A stretch of DNA of 64,000 nucleotides from Acidobacteriota bacterium. GTDB taxonomy: Bacteria; Acidobacteriota; UBA890; WLXD01. Below, in pieces: positions 27,893 to 37,970 of the stretch (position 1 is its first letter; each line of letters starts with the position of its first letter). The stretch lies in assembly GCA_963666215.2 (NCBI GenBank), contig CAXWPL010000005.1, forward strand, positions 1,280,001-1,344,000. The letters run 5' to 3'. The position numbers and the translations under genes are program-made. The notes under the pieces were generated by a model. That model made no database searches and had not been told where the DNA came from. It saw nothing but the letters and a program-made list of their open reading frames with translations.

Positions 27893-28759
27893 TCAGTCGG
27901 CTGACTTGGAGAGAGCTTCTCGCTCTTCCAGCGCTGCGATCAGGCGCCGGATGTAGTCGAGCGGAGCACCGATGAGGTCCTCTACTTGGGAGAGCCCACG
28001 TACCAGGTCGGTCTCGTGGATAGCACCGCCGACTCTCACGAGCCCGTGCCGAATGACAACCTCGACGCTTCGATCATCTAGCTCAAATGACCAGACCCCG
28101 GTGACGGGATCTTCTTGGACAACGATCTCGATCGTAGCCGTCGGATCCGGCACAGAGGCCTTCACCTTGGCCTGCGTTTCGCTAGCAGGAGCCTCATCGC
28201 GGCTGGGAGCTTGCGGAGTTGACTCTCCCTCTACCCCAGAAGGCTCGTCTCCCGGCCCCGCTGGTCGCTCAACCGGTACCTTCAATCGGACGTGGCGAGC
28301 GCCGACTGCAGCTCTGAACATCGAGACCTCTCGAAGGTCCTCAGTGCTTGCCCATCCAATGCTCAATGACTGGTAGTCGAACTCCAGGCCTACGTAGGAT
28401 CCGGTGCGCTCGAGCACTGATGGTCTCGTCCGCTCGTCTTCATACCCGGCAATCAGGGCAGCGTTGATGCGAGCGGCCGCGTCAGCGATGTTCCGAAAGA
28501 ACTCCTTTTTGGCCAGCCGCCTCGCCCGATCGCGATTGCGCTCGACAACCACCTTCCACCCTTCGACAAACTCGAGTGTGAGCTGCTCGAAGGTCGTGAC
28601 GCTGTTGCTAGCCACGAGGCGAACGAGACGTTCTTGCTTCTCTGGAACTCGCCGTCTTGTCTTCCTTGCGCCTTTCCTCGCCCCGAGAGCGTTGCCCCCG
28701 ATCACCACGGCCTCGAGGAGCTTGTCGACGTCAAGGGTGCTCGGATCGAAGGAATCCAT
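27893..28759 (-). CDS. Hypothetical protein
   Basis: ATG 4 nt after the Replic_Relax stop; two domains joined by a Pro/Glu-rich linker; no family recognised. Confidence 0.55.
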   Translation of the reverse strand: MDSFDPSTLDVDKLLEAVVIGGNALGARKGARKTRRRVPEKQERLVRLVASNSVTTFEQLTLEFVEGWKVVVERNRDRARRLAKKEFFRNIADAAARINAALIAGYEDERTRPSVLERTGSYVGLEFDYQSLSIGWASTEDLREVSMFRAAVGARHVRLKVPVERPAGPGDEPSGVEGESTPQAPSRDEAPASETQAKVKASVPDPTATIEIVVQEDPVTGVWSFELDDRSVEVVIRHGLVRVGGAIHETDLVRGLSQVEDLIGAPLDYIRRLIAALEEREALSKSAD

Positions 28760-28763
28760 GTCT

Positions 28764-29639
28764 CTACTCTGCAAGAGCGTGTGGCGGTTCGTCCAGGCTC
28801 GTGTGCCAGCAGGCGAGATCCAGATTGCCACGAGATCCTATTACGTCCTTGGTGGTCACCCAGATCAGGGGCTGCAGGTCGGTCTGCGCTGCGGTTCGGA
28901 GGAACCCATCTCGGCGTCTTTCGTTTGGGACGATGCAGAGGACACGAAATCCCTGGAAGTTCTGACCGAACATCTGTGAGTAGTGATCCTCCCCAAGGGC
29001 GTCGAAGGCGTCACGATACCTCGTGAATTTCCGCTCGATGCTGCTCATGTGGCGTCCGGAAAGAGGTTCAGTACCCCTGTCGACCTCGAGGAGGAAGAGC
29101 GCCGCAGGTCCGTCGTTCCTCTCGAGCGAGAGTGCGCCATCAGGAACCAAAAGGCGGCGATGGCCCTTCACCCTTAGAGCGATACGACGCCGTCTCCGGC
29201 CCGCCTTTCGGACTTCTTCATAGGGCGGTACAAAGCTGTATCCAAATCGTGAGCTCGAGTCGGTGCAAGCCTCTCGCAACCAGATTCGAAAGTCCGACAG
29301 CTCGCGGTGGTGCTCGAGGAACTTGACTCCTTCCGGACTTCTCGACGGTGGAAGCAGGTCGTTAGGAGATACAGATTCTGCGTGCGCAACCAACGTAGCT
29401 CCTGCTCTAGCAAGACAAAACCACTGAGTCTGGAATGCCGAGCTACCGCCACCTTCTGGCTTGAAGCTCTGGAGAAGATGTCGCGAGCGGAGCACCCGAA
29501 GACGGCGCCTTGCTAACGCCAGATGGCCGAAGTGAAGGCGTGCGATCTGTGGAGTGCACAGGTACCTGTACAACCAGAGGTCTCGGAGCACCGAAAGGTC
29601 GCGCGTTGTCACTCGGACCCCTGGGACTGGCTTCGGCAC
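28764..29639 (-). CDS. Replication-relaxation (Replic_Relax) family protein
   Basis: TTRDLSVLRDL...TPQIARLHF wHTH, EHH, PDG, LEVDRGTE nuclease-like motifs. Confidence 0.85.
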   Translation of the reverse strand: MPKPVPGVRVTTRDLSVLRDLWLYRYLCTPQIARLHFGHLALARRRLRVLRSRHLLQSFKPEGGGSSAFQTQWFCLARAGATLVAHAESVSPNDLLPPSRSPEGVKFLEHHRELSDFRIWLREACTDSSSRFGYSFVPPYEEVRKAGRRRRRIALRVKGHRRLLVPDGALSLERNDGPAALFLLEVDRGTEPLSGRHMSSIERKFTRYRDAFDALGEDHYSQMFGQNFQGFRVLCIVPNERRRDGFLRTAAQTDLQPLIWVTTKDVIGSRGNLDLACWHTSLDEPPHALAE

Positions 29640-29885
29640 GCTTGGATGATAGCCCCCAGGCAGTCGCCAGACTCATCCGTACCAACATCATCGGGTAGCA
29701 GATCGGCAGAGATCACGTGAACTATTGGGCTGCACCCGGGTCCACTTCTCGCCTCTAGCCTCTTGGTGCACATGGTTCACAAAGGCGTCACAAACGGCCG
29801 ACAGGGGAATCTGTGACCTTCACGTCTACCCTGGACAGCCGAGATCGTGGGTCGTGGGCGACGCCAAGCGAGACGGGCCGAGGCG

Positions 29886-29934
29886 GTGACTGAAAATCAC
29901 GGTGTCGGTGGTTCGATTCCGCCCCTGGGCACCA
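29886..29934 (+). other. 3' half of tRNA-Phe(GAA), att-site fragment
   Basis: GTGACTGAAAATCACGGTGTCGGTGGTTCGATTCCGCCCCTGGGCACCA; no D arm or 5' acceptor strand upstream. Confidence 0.85.
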
Positions 29935-30465
29935 CGCCAACTCTCTTAGTAACAGCCACTTGGATAGAGTTTCCCACCTCAACGCTTGTCGAATTAGGTA
30001 GCTTCGGGGTCCACATGGGGTCCAACCGGCGCTGTTTCGCCCGCCAGCAACGGCGCCTAAAAAACAGGAAATGACCGAGCCCCGAGTTGAGGTGAGCCAC
30101 TCCGACAAGGTTAAGCGGAGATCAGCCGGGAGGGGGATGAGTACTGGCAAAGGGACATTACACTCTGATCCCAGACCGCCGGCTCGGGGACTGAGGTTTA
30201 GGGGTGTTCGGCAGACGGACGGGGGCCCCGCGGAAGCTGGACCCTGAAACAGGCCACCCTCGTGCTGCCCGCCGCCGTCATCGCGGTAGCGTCACCAGCT
30301 GGTGGTCGAAGCGGGCGGCGGCCGGCCCCACGGTCACCGCCTCGGGCCTCTGAGATGATACCGAAGGCAGCGCAGCAGTGCCGCTCGGCATTCGTGCATC
30401 CCACTACCTGGCTCGGCGTTCTAGTCCTGTTGGCGGGCGGCGCTACAGGGAAGAGGGCGTTCTCG

Positions 30466-32094
30466 TTACAAGGGCGGAGGAGGCTTCTTGTCGGGTCGCT
30501 TGCCGTAGTCGGGCTTGGCGTGTAGGTCGACCGCCTTGGCGTTCTCCTCTTCCTCTGTGGGCGGTGTGACGCCGCTAGCGAGCAGGATGCCTTCGACGGC
30601 TGCGATGGTCACGAGCGAGGGCTTGGAGTTGCCGAACCTGTAGCCGCGCGCGATCGTCAAAGGTGTCCATCCGTACTTGTTGGGCTGGTTCCAGACCTCG
30701 ATCTCGGCACCGCTCGCGGCTAAGAAGCCGACTGCTTCGGGGAGGTTCTTGTAGGCCGCACCATGCATGGCGGTTTCGCCGTTGTCGTCGATCGCGTTGA
30801 TGTCGGCGCCGAGCTCCAGCGCCACTTCCAGCGCCTCGAGCACCTCGTTCTCGGTGCCCGCGTCTTCACCGGGAGACCGTGTCCCGAGGCCGGCCGCCGC
30901 CATGAGCGCCGTCGAGTTCTGGTCGTTCCTGAGCTGCGGATCCGCACCCAACTCGGCCAGCGTCCTCATCAGCTCGGCGTCCGCAGTCAGCGCGGCGAGC
31001 AAGAACGGTGTCGCACCGAGCTCGTCGAACCGCGTGTTGTTCAGGCGTGGCTTCTCGGTCATTCTCGCGTTCATGTCCGCGCCGTGCTCTGCTATGTCTC
31101 TGACGAAATCGAGACTGCTCATGGAGCCCGATCCGTCGGGGCGCGGGTTGTTGTCGCCGGCGCCCGGCTTGCGGACTCGCGCCAGCATGTGCAGAACGGT
31201 GTAGCCGGGTGCAGCGGCGTCCGGATCCGCGCCGGCGTCCAGTAGTTGGGCCGCGAGCTCGAAATGGCCGTTCGTCACGGCCACGAAAAGCGGGCTCGAG
31301 CCGGGTCGGATGGACCGCCCTCCTCCAAGAGGCCGCTGGCGCTCGGTTGGCTCGAGCGGTGTCGGTTCGTTCACATACGCTCCCGCCTCGAGGAGGGCCT
31401 CAACGACTTCCATCCGCCCTTCCCTCACGGCAAAGAGCAGGGGTGTGAACCCGGAGTCGAGCGGCGTCCGGAAGTCCGCGCCGGCCTGGATGAGTTCTTT
31501 GACAACGTCGACATGTCCCTCCGCTGCCGCCCACATGAGGGCTGTCTGTCCGCGCCGGTTGTCGCGGGCGTGGGCGTCGGCGGCGCTTTCGAGGAGCGCC
31601 ACAACGGCCCCCAGGCTGCCTGTGCGAGCGGCGGTCATCAGCGCGGTCTCGCCACCCGGCAGCACCGTGTTGGGGTCGGCGCCGGCCGCGAGCAACCGCT
31701 CGACCATCTCGGCGTTGGCGTTCGTGCAGGCGAGCGACAGAGACGTCACGCCATACCGGTTGGCGGCTAAAACGTCGGCTCCTGCACCCACCAGCAGTTG
31801 CACCAGCTCCAGATCGTTGTGGTACGCGGCCCACAGCAAGGCCGTCATGCCATCGACCTGGGCTGCGTCGACGCCGACGCGGTGCTGTAGGAGCGTCCGG
31901 ACGGTCGTCCGATCCAACGCTTCCGCCGCGTCCGCCAATCGCGTATCCGTGCCGGCAGAGAGCAGCGTTGCGGTCAAGAAGAGCGGCACGATCAGGAATC
32001 TGCCCCGCGCCCGTGTAGCGCCCGGCGTCCCTGCCGGGCGGGCGGCGGAAAACGCCTCCCAGGGGCGGGAGGCGCTACGGATCGAAATACTCAC
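30466..32094 (-). CDS. Exported ankyrin-repeat protein
   Basis: Many G.T(A/P)L..AA..G ankyrin repeats after a hydrophobic leader. Confidence 0.92.
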   Translation of the reverse strand: MSISIRSASRPWEAFSAARPAGTPGATRARGRFLIVPLFLTATLLSAGTDTRLADAAEALDRTTVRTLLQHRVGVDAAQVDGMTALLWAAYHNDLELVQLLVGAGADVLAANRYGVTSLSLACTNANAEMVERLLAAGADPNTVLPGGETALMTAARTGSLGAVVALLESAADAHARDNRRGQTALMWAAAEGHVDVVKELIQAGADFRTPLDSGFTPLLFAVREGRMEVVEALLEAGAYVNEPTPLEPTERQRPLGGGRSIRPGSSPLFVAVTNGHFELAAQLLDAGADPDAAAPGYTVLHMLARVRKPGAGDNNPRPDGSGSMSSLDFVRDIAEHGADMNARMTEKPRLNNTRFDELGATPFLLAALTADAELMRTLAELGADPQLRNDQNSTALMAAAGLGTRSPGEDAGTENEVLEALEVALELGADINAIDDNGETAMHGAAYKNLPEAVGFLAASGAEIEVWNQPNKYGWTPLTIARGYRFGNSKPSLVTIAAVEGILLASGVTPPTEEEENAKAVDLHAKPDYGKRPDKKPPPPL

Positions 32095-32103
32095 CGTCTC
32101 CTC

Positions 32104-33450
32104 CTATAGCGAAACCGACTCCAGCAGGGTGTCGATTTTCCCGGTGCTGTCGGCGAACGACTCGAGATGCACGCCCACACTATCGAGCAACGTGAGGTGA
32201 AGATTGGCGAGCGGCTTGGGTTCGGCGTACTTGATGTGACGTCCGCCGCTGGCCTTGCCGGCGCCACCGCCGGCCACCACGATCGGTAGGTTGACGTGGT
32301 CGTGGTTGTTGGGGTTGCCCATGCCGCTGCCATAGAGGTAGAGCGAGTGGTCGAGAAGCGAGCCGTCTCCGTCCTCGACTGAGGCCAGCTTCTCGACGAA
32401 GTAAGCGAACAGCGACACGTGGAACTGGTTGATCTTGGCGATCTTCGCGATCTTCTCCGGATCACCACCGTGGTGCGAGGTGGCGTGGTGCGGATCGGGG
32501 ACGCCGATCTCGGGGTACGTTCGATTGCTCGCCTCGCGAGCCAGCTGAAAGGTGATCACCCGAGTGACATCGGCTTGCAGGGCCAACACCTGCAGGTCGA
32601 ACATCAGCCGAGCGTGGTCGGCATAGGCGGCTGGTACGCCTTCCGGACGATCCAGGTCCGGCAGCGGGTTGTCGCGCGACTGCGTTTCGGCTTTCTCGAT
32701 GCGGCGCTCCAACTCGCGAACGGAATCGAGATACTCGCTGACCTTGACGCGGTCGTGAGGGCCGAGGCTTCCCTGCAGGCGCGCGATGTCCTCGTGAACC
32801 CTATCGAGCAGGCTGGCTTTCCTGCCCAGCGCCGCGCGCCGTTCCTCCGGGCTACCCCCTTCGCCGAACAGGCGCTCGAACACGATCCGCGGGTGCGCTT
32901 CGGCCGGCAGCGGCGAGGTCGGTGACGACCACGAGAGGTTGTTCTGGTAGACGCACGCATACCCGTTGTCGCACTGGCCGACCATGTCCATCAGATCCAT
33001 CGACAGCTCGAGTGAGCGCAGCTGCGTGTCCTGACCGATCTGCTGAGCGGCGATCTGATCGACCGTCGTTCCCAGGTAGTAGTCGCTGCTCTCGGTCCAC
33101 TTCGCCTTGGCGGCGCTCAAGAAAGCAGAATTGGACGTGGCGTGGGTCCCGGGATAGGCGTTGCGCAGCTCCAGGTTGCTGACGATCGTGAGCTGATCCT
33201 TCACTGCGGCGAGTGGGCTGAGGCTCGAAGAGAGGCTCCCCAGCGCACCGCCCTCGCCCTCGACCGCCCAACGGGTGATGTCGCATCCCATCGGCATGTA
33301 GACGAAGCCCAGGCGACGCACCGGATTGGCGGGCGTCTGAGCCAGGGCTGTCATGGAAGGAACCATCGCGTCGAGCAGGGGCAGCGCCACCGCCGCACCC
33401 ATGCCACGCAGAAACGTCCGGCGCGGCAGAGCCTTCTTGGTGAGTATCAT
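32104..33450 (-). CDS. DUF1552 (HXXSHH) protein with a Tat-like leader
   Basis: RRTFLRG, LPLLDAM, DQIAA, HHATSHH, GMGNPNNHDH; ATGA overlap with the upstream gene. Confidence 0.92.
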   Translation of the reverse strand: MILTKKALPRRTFLRGMGAAVALPLLDAMVPSMTALAQTPANPVRRLGFVYMPMGCDITRWAVEGEGGALGSLSSSLSPLAAVKDQLTIVSNLELRNAYPGTHATSNSAFLSAAKAKWTESSDYYLGTTVDQIAAQQIGQDTQLRSLELSMDLMDMVGQCDNGYACVYQNNLSWSSPTSPLPAEAHPRIVFERLFGEGGSPEERRAALGRKASLLDRVHEDIARLQGSLGPHDRVKVSEYLDSVRELERRIEKAETQSRDNPLPDLDRPEGVPAAYADHARLMFDLQVLALQADVTRVITFQLAREASNRTYPEIGVPDPHHATSHHGGDPEKIAKIAKINQFHVSLFAYFVEKLASVEDGDGSLLDHSLYLYGSGMGNPNNHDHVNLPIVVAGGGAGKASGGRHIKYAEPKPLANLHLTLLDSVGVHLESFADSTGKIDTLLESVSL

Positions 33451-35837
33451 GACGATCTCCTCATCTGGAACGGCTTGCTCTTCACGATGCCGACGATGAT
33501 CGACGACAGGCGATAGTCGTCCTGCTGCGCCTCGCGGAGGATGGTACGGATGGCTGCTCCATCGTAGTACTCGACTCCGCGGCCGGTCGCGAATACCAGG
33601 AGTTTCTCGGCGACAGTGGTGACGAACAACTCTGGACGCAAGAGCAGCGCCTCTTGCAGATCGGCGACACCGTCGAATGGAGTGCCGTCCCACAGTTCGC
33701 CGGCCGTATCGATCGGGCCTCCCGCCTCGGCCGTTCTGAAGCGTCCGATGGCATCGTAGTTCTCGAGTGCGAAGCCGATCGGGTCCATCAACTTGTGGCA
33801 GCTCGCGCAGGCCGGATTCGCGCGATGCTGCGCCAGGCGTTCTCGCATCGGCTGCTCTCTGCCGGCAATTTTCGCAGCTGCTAGATCCGGAATGTCAGGC
33901 GGCGGTGGTGGTGGTGGGACCCCGAGGATGTTGTCGAGGATCCATTTGCCGCGGATCACCGGCGACGTGCGGGTGGCATACGACGTCACCGCCAGAATGC
34001 TTCCGTGGCGCAACAATCCCCCCCGCGTGCCACCCGCGTCGAACGTGACGCGACGGAAGCGACTGCCGTACACGTGCGGAACTCCGTAGTGCTTGGCGAG
34101 GCGCTCGTTCAGGAACGTGTAGTTCGCTCGCAGCAGGTCGAGCACACTTCGATCCTCGCGAAGGATGCTCTCTACGAAGAGCTCCGTTTCCCGCCGAAAC
34201 GACTGCCGTAGATTCTCGTCGAAGTCCGGGAAGAGCCGTTTGTCCGGCGTGATCGACGGCAGATTGCGTAAGTGGAGCCACTGGGAAGTGAAGTTGGTGA
34301 CCAGGTTGAGCGCCCGCGGGTCAGCCAACATTCGCTGCACTTGTCGTTCGAGGACTAGAGGCTTCTTGAGCTCTCCGCGGGCGGCAGCCTCCAAGAGCTC
34401 GTCGTCCGGGATGCTGCTCCACAAAAAGAACGACAAGCGCGACGCCAACTCCAGATCGCTGATGCGATAGGGCGTGTGGGGCTCGAGGCCGGCAGGGTCG
34501 CGCTCGATCCGAAACAGGAACTCGGGACTCACGAGCACCGCGGCTAAACCCATCTCGATGCTCGCTTCGAAGCCTTCCTGGATTCGCGCCTGCCTATAGA
34601 GCTCCAAGGGCCTCGCTAGATCCTCATCGGTGACGGGTCGGCGATAGGCCCTCCGCATCAGTGTTCCGAGAATGCGTTTGGCGCAACTCTCCTCTTCGCT
34701 GGCTTCTCGGGGGCGGCAGACGAAGATGCGGCGGCTGCTCGGCGTGTCTCCTCCACGTGCCGCAGGGTCGGCGGGCACATCGTAGGGACCGAGGATCGAG
34801 ACCGAGAAGATCGCCGGCTGGACGCGGGGATGACGGTAGTAGTTGAAGTGGGACTCATAGGGTTGACGGGCCGTTTCGAGAAGCACCGACGGCTTCTTCG
34901 GAAAAGTGACGCCGAGGTTGTGCGGGCCTGCCGTCACTCGCAGGCGAACCTTGAGGTGGTCGTCCAGGTTCGGCTGTGACGGCTGGCGTTGGCGAGGGAC
35001 TTCGCCTTGTAAGGCGGCCGGCTCCACGGTGAAGACGTGCACCCGCTCCCGATCCAGCAACAGCTCCAGCTCGTGGGTCTCGTTCAAGCCCTCGACGTGC
35101 TCGTTCCGGTCTCTCGCCAGTCGAATCTTGATCTCGTATTCGCCGTCGACCGGGAACGTGTAGGGGACGAGGACTCCGCCGCGGGTGCCGATCGGAAGGC
35201 CGGCGACATGCTTCTCCTGCGTCAGATCGGGTCGGGTGCGGATGGTGGCGCCTCCCAGAGCCCGCGTGGGTTGCCCGACCGCCAGGCGGCTGATCTTCTC
35301 GGCGGCGCCGACGTAGCGTTCCAGGAGGGTGAGTGGCAGATTGCCTACCGTGACGTTGTCGAAGCCATAGCTCGACGAGTCGCCTGGCAGGAGCGTCGTG
35401 ACGTCGACCTCGAGGTCCAGCAGGTCGCGGATGGCGTTTTGGTACTCGGTCCGGTTGAGCCGCCGAAACGTATCCGTCCGTCCCGGATTCGGAGCCGCTA
35501 GAGCGAGACGATCGAGCGCGCTCTCGAGCGAGGCGAGCGCCTGTTCATAGCTGGGCTCGTCGGGTCGACGTTTGCCCGGCGGCGGCATGAGACGGGCGCG
35601 CAGCTTTCGAGCGACCGTCTCCCAAACTTCGCGGTTCTCACCCAGCTCCTGCGTGTTGATCGAGTCGAGCTCGAGGCCGGCCGTTTTCGCTCGGTCGTTG
35701 TGACAGGAGAGGCAGTACTCGTTCACCAGGGCATGGTGCGAGGCTGAGGAGACTGCAGACGCATCGCAAGCAAACCCGGCTAAGACCACGAATCCGGTCA
35801 ACCAGCGAAACGCTTGCGCTCCTCGAGGGCTCAGCAT
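33447..35837 (-). CDS. DUF1592/1588/1587/1585/1595 (PSD/PSCyt) cytochrome-c-like protein
   Basis: CLSCH, RRLNRTEYQNAIRDLL, ELASRLSFFLWSSIPD, RTSPVIRGKW, CASCH. Confidence 0.93.
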   Translation of the reverse strand: MLSPRGAQAFRWLTGFVVLAGFACDASAVSSASHHALVNEYCLSCHNDRAKTAGLELDSINTQELGENREVWETVARKLRARLMPPPGKRRPDEPSYEQALASLESALDRLALAAPNPGRTDTFRRLNRTEYQNAIRDLLDLEVDVTTLLPGDSSSYGFDNVTVGNLPLTLLERYVGAAEKISRLAVGQPTRALGGATIRTRPDLTQEKHVAGLPIGTRGGVLVPYTFPVDGEYEIKIRLARDRNEHVEGLNETHELELLLDRERVHVFTVEPAALQGEVPRQRQPSQPNLDDHLKVRLRVTAGPHNLGVTFPKKPSVLLETARQPYESHFNYYRHPRVQPAIFSVSILGPYDVPADPAARGGDTPSSRRIFVCRPREASEEESCAKRILGTLMRRAYRRPVTDEDLARPLELYRQARIQEGFEASIEMGLAAVLVSPEFLFRIERDPAGLEPHTPYRISDLELASRLSFFLWSSIPDDELLEAAARGELKKPLVLERQVQRMLADPRALNLVTNFTSQWLHLRNLPSITPDKRLFPDFDENLRQSFRRETELFVESILREDRSVLDLLRANYTFLNERLAKHYGVPHVYGSRFRRVTFDAGGTRGGLLRHGSILAVTSYATRTSPVIRGKWILDNILGVPPPPPPPDIPDLAAAKIAGREQPMRERLAQHRANPACASCHKLMDPIGFALENYDAIGRFRTAEAGGPIDTAGELWDGTPFDGVADLQEALLLRPELFVTTVAEKLLVFATGRGVEYYDGAAIRTILREAQQDDYRLSSIIVGIVKSKPFQMRRSS

Positions 35838-35909
35838 TCGGTCTCCTCCTCAGCCGGGTTTTCGAGCCCGATGGCTCAAGTCTGGCAAGCATTATAACCG
35901 AGATTTGCC

Positions 35910-37033
35910 TGTGGGGGGCGAATACCCGTCCGCCCCGAAGTCACTCACCTTCCGTAGCGGTCGGTAGAGTCGGCCTCCTATGTGGGAACTACTCCGAACC
36001 ATCGTTCGCAGTGCCGTGTCGACTCTCCGGCCGAGGTGGGATCTGGCGCTAGAGAACCTCGCGCTTCGCCACCAACTCGCAGTACTCCATCGCCGGTCAA
36101 CCAAGCCGCAACTCGAAGACCATGACCGACTCTTTTGGATCTGCCTGAAGCATGTGTGGCCCAACTGGCGCGATGGGCTCCAACTGGTCCAACCTGCCAC
36201 CATCATCAAGTGGCATCGCGCTGGATTCAGGTACTACTGGCGCCGGAAAAGCCGACCCAAGGGAGGCCGACCGAGGCTCGCTCCCGAGCAGCGCAAGCTG
36301 ATCCGCGACATTTGGAACGTCAATCCGACTTGGGGCAAGCGGCGAATCCAGTCCGAACTCGCCAAGCTCGGCATCAGCGTTAGCGATTCCACCGTCGCCT
36401 CGTACAAGCCAAAGCGGCAAACGCCACCGTCGCAAACCTGGCGAGCCTTCCTCGACAATCACATCGAGGACATGGTAGCCATCGATTTCTTCACCGTGCC
36501 GACAGCGACGTTTCGAGTCCTATACGTCCTGATCATCATGTCGCACGACCGCCGCAGAATCATCCACTCGAACGTAACCGACTCGCCGTCCAGCGCCTGG
36601 ACCGCTCAGCAACTCCTCGAGGCGTTTCCCTACGACACCGCCCCTCGTTACTTACTCCGTGACAACGACACGAAGTTCCTCGGGGAGTTTGCCAGATGCA
36701 TCGAGTCGATCGGTATCGAAGAGGTCAAGACTGCGCCCCACTCACCCTGGCAGAATCCGTACTGCGAACGGCTGATTGGCTCCATGCGTCGTGAGTGCCT
36801 CGACCATGTCTTGGTCCTCAATGAGCAGCATCTCCGCCGAGTTCTCCGCAGCTACGTCGCCTACTACCATGATGCGCGCACTCACCAGTCGCTGGACAAC
36901 GACTGTCCCATGCCCCGTGCGGTCGAGCCGCCCGAGATGGGCGACGTAGTCGCGTTCCCGCTGGTCGGTGGATTACACCATCGATACCGTCGACGACTCG
37001 CGGCCTAGGACAGTTGGGTTTTCGCCCCCCACA
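35910..37033 (+). mobile_element. Single-ORF rve insertion sequence (IS481/IS3-like)
   Basis: Perfect 15-bp IRs CCTGTGGGGGGCGAA (35908..35922) and TTCGCCCCCCACAGG (37021..37035). Confidence 0.88.
35980..37008 (+). CDS. Integrase-core (rve) transposase
   Basis: ENLALRHQL, AIDFFTV, LLRDND, PWQNPYCERLIGSMRRECLDH, GGLHHRY. Confidence 0.92.
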   Translation: MWELLRTIVRSAVSTLRPRWDLALENLALRHQLAVLHRRSTKPQLEDHDRLFWICLKHVWPNWRDGLQLVQPATIIKWHRAGFRYYWRRKSRPKGGRPRLAPEQRKLIRDIWNVNPTWGKRRIQSELAKLGISVSDSTVASYKPKRQTPPSQTWRAFLDNHIEDMVAIDFFTVPTATFRVLYVLIIMSHDRRRIIHSNVTDSPSSAWTAQQLLEAFPYDTAPRYLLRDNDTKFLGEFARCIESIGIEEVKTAPHSPWQNPYCERLIGSMRRECLDHVLVLNEQHLRRVLRSYVAYYHDARTHQSLDNDCPMPRAVEPPEMGDVVAFPLVGGLHHRYRRRLAA

Positions 37034-37035
37034 GG

Positions 37036-37170
37036 TTCAGCGACGAGCCCGAGCGCATGGCTCGGTTCGAGCGCGAGGCCAAGGTGCTGGCCGGACTCAA
37101 TCACACGAACATCGCTACGCTCTACAGCTTCGAGGCAGACGGCAGCACTCGTTTCCTGGTGATGGAGGTG
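37036..37170 (+). pseudogene. Internal fragment of a Ser/Thr kinase
   Basis: ARFEREAKVLAGLNHTNIATLYSFE...FLVME (subdomains III-V) abutting the IS end. Confidence 0.75.
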
Positions 37171-37970
37171 GTCTGCGGCGTCGGTCTGGCTGAGCTCGGC
37201 GCGCCTGCGCCACGTTCTCCAAGCGCATCGTTCCTCGTTTAATGGCCATCTCAGCGATTATCTCAGACTGCCCCGACTCCTCTGGCGACCCACGCCCACC
37301 CCGGGGCTGGGGTCCCACGGGGATGCGGATCCATACCGAAGGATTGATATGCCGGCCTCCCAGGGCGCGGCCTTCCAGGACGCAGCATCTCTCGTCCTCC
37401 TTCAGCAGGCACACGTCACCTAAGCTTTGAGTATGGGCGGGCGAAGGGCTCTTGGCCCGACCGTTACGCCTTGCGAGTTCGAAGCTGCTCGACGACTTCT
37501 ATCGCGGTGAGCGAGAACGGGCACATGCGGTCACAGGCATGGTCTATGACGGAGGTCATAGGGCAGGTGTAGGGAGAAGTGATACTATTCACCGGCTCCC
37601 TACATGACGGATCTGGTTCTAGCACCAGGCACCGGCCTGGGTCCTAAGAGATCGTCGAGCACCACGGCAACGGCGGTGCAGGAGGCGTGTCTTGAAGAAG
37701 AGTGCGTCGCCCCCGGGCCGGAGATGCTAGGCATCGGATGCGAGATCGCTGAGCTATTGAAAGCACCTCACCGAAGGAGAGTGGGCTTGCGAGCGGAGGA
37801 CGTTACCAAAGATCACCGCAGAAGGCCGCCTAGTCGTGAACAACAGAACTCTTCTTGCCTGCGCGCACACGAACAGAGGTGCAGGATGCAAAGTGGCTAT
37901 CTATTGAGGAGAGATTACCAATAAACAATTGCTCTCCTCTCTCAACACCTATAAACCATAGGAGCACTAA

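Noticed and set aside
29860-29934. Intact tRNA-Phe
   Set aside because: No D arm and no GCCCAGG 5' acceptor strand upstream of the anticodon arm
37400-37420. Third IS6 remnant (GTGACGTGTGCCTGCTGA on the - strand)
   Set aside because: Short match only, with no IS6 inverted repeat or upstream transposase similarity
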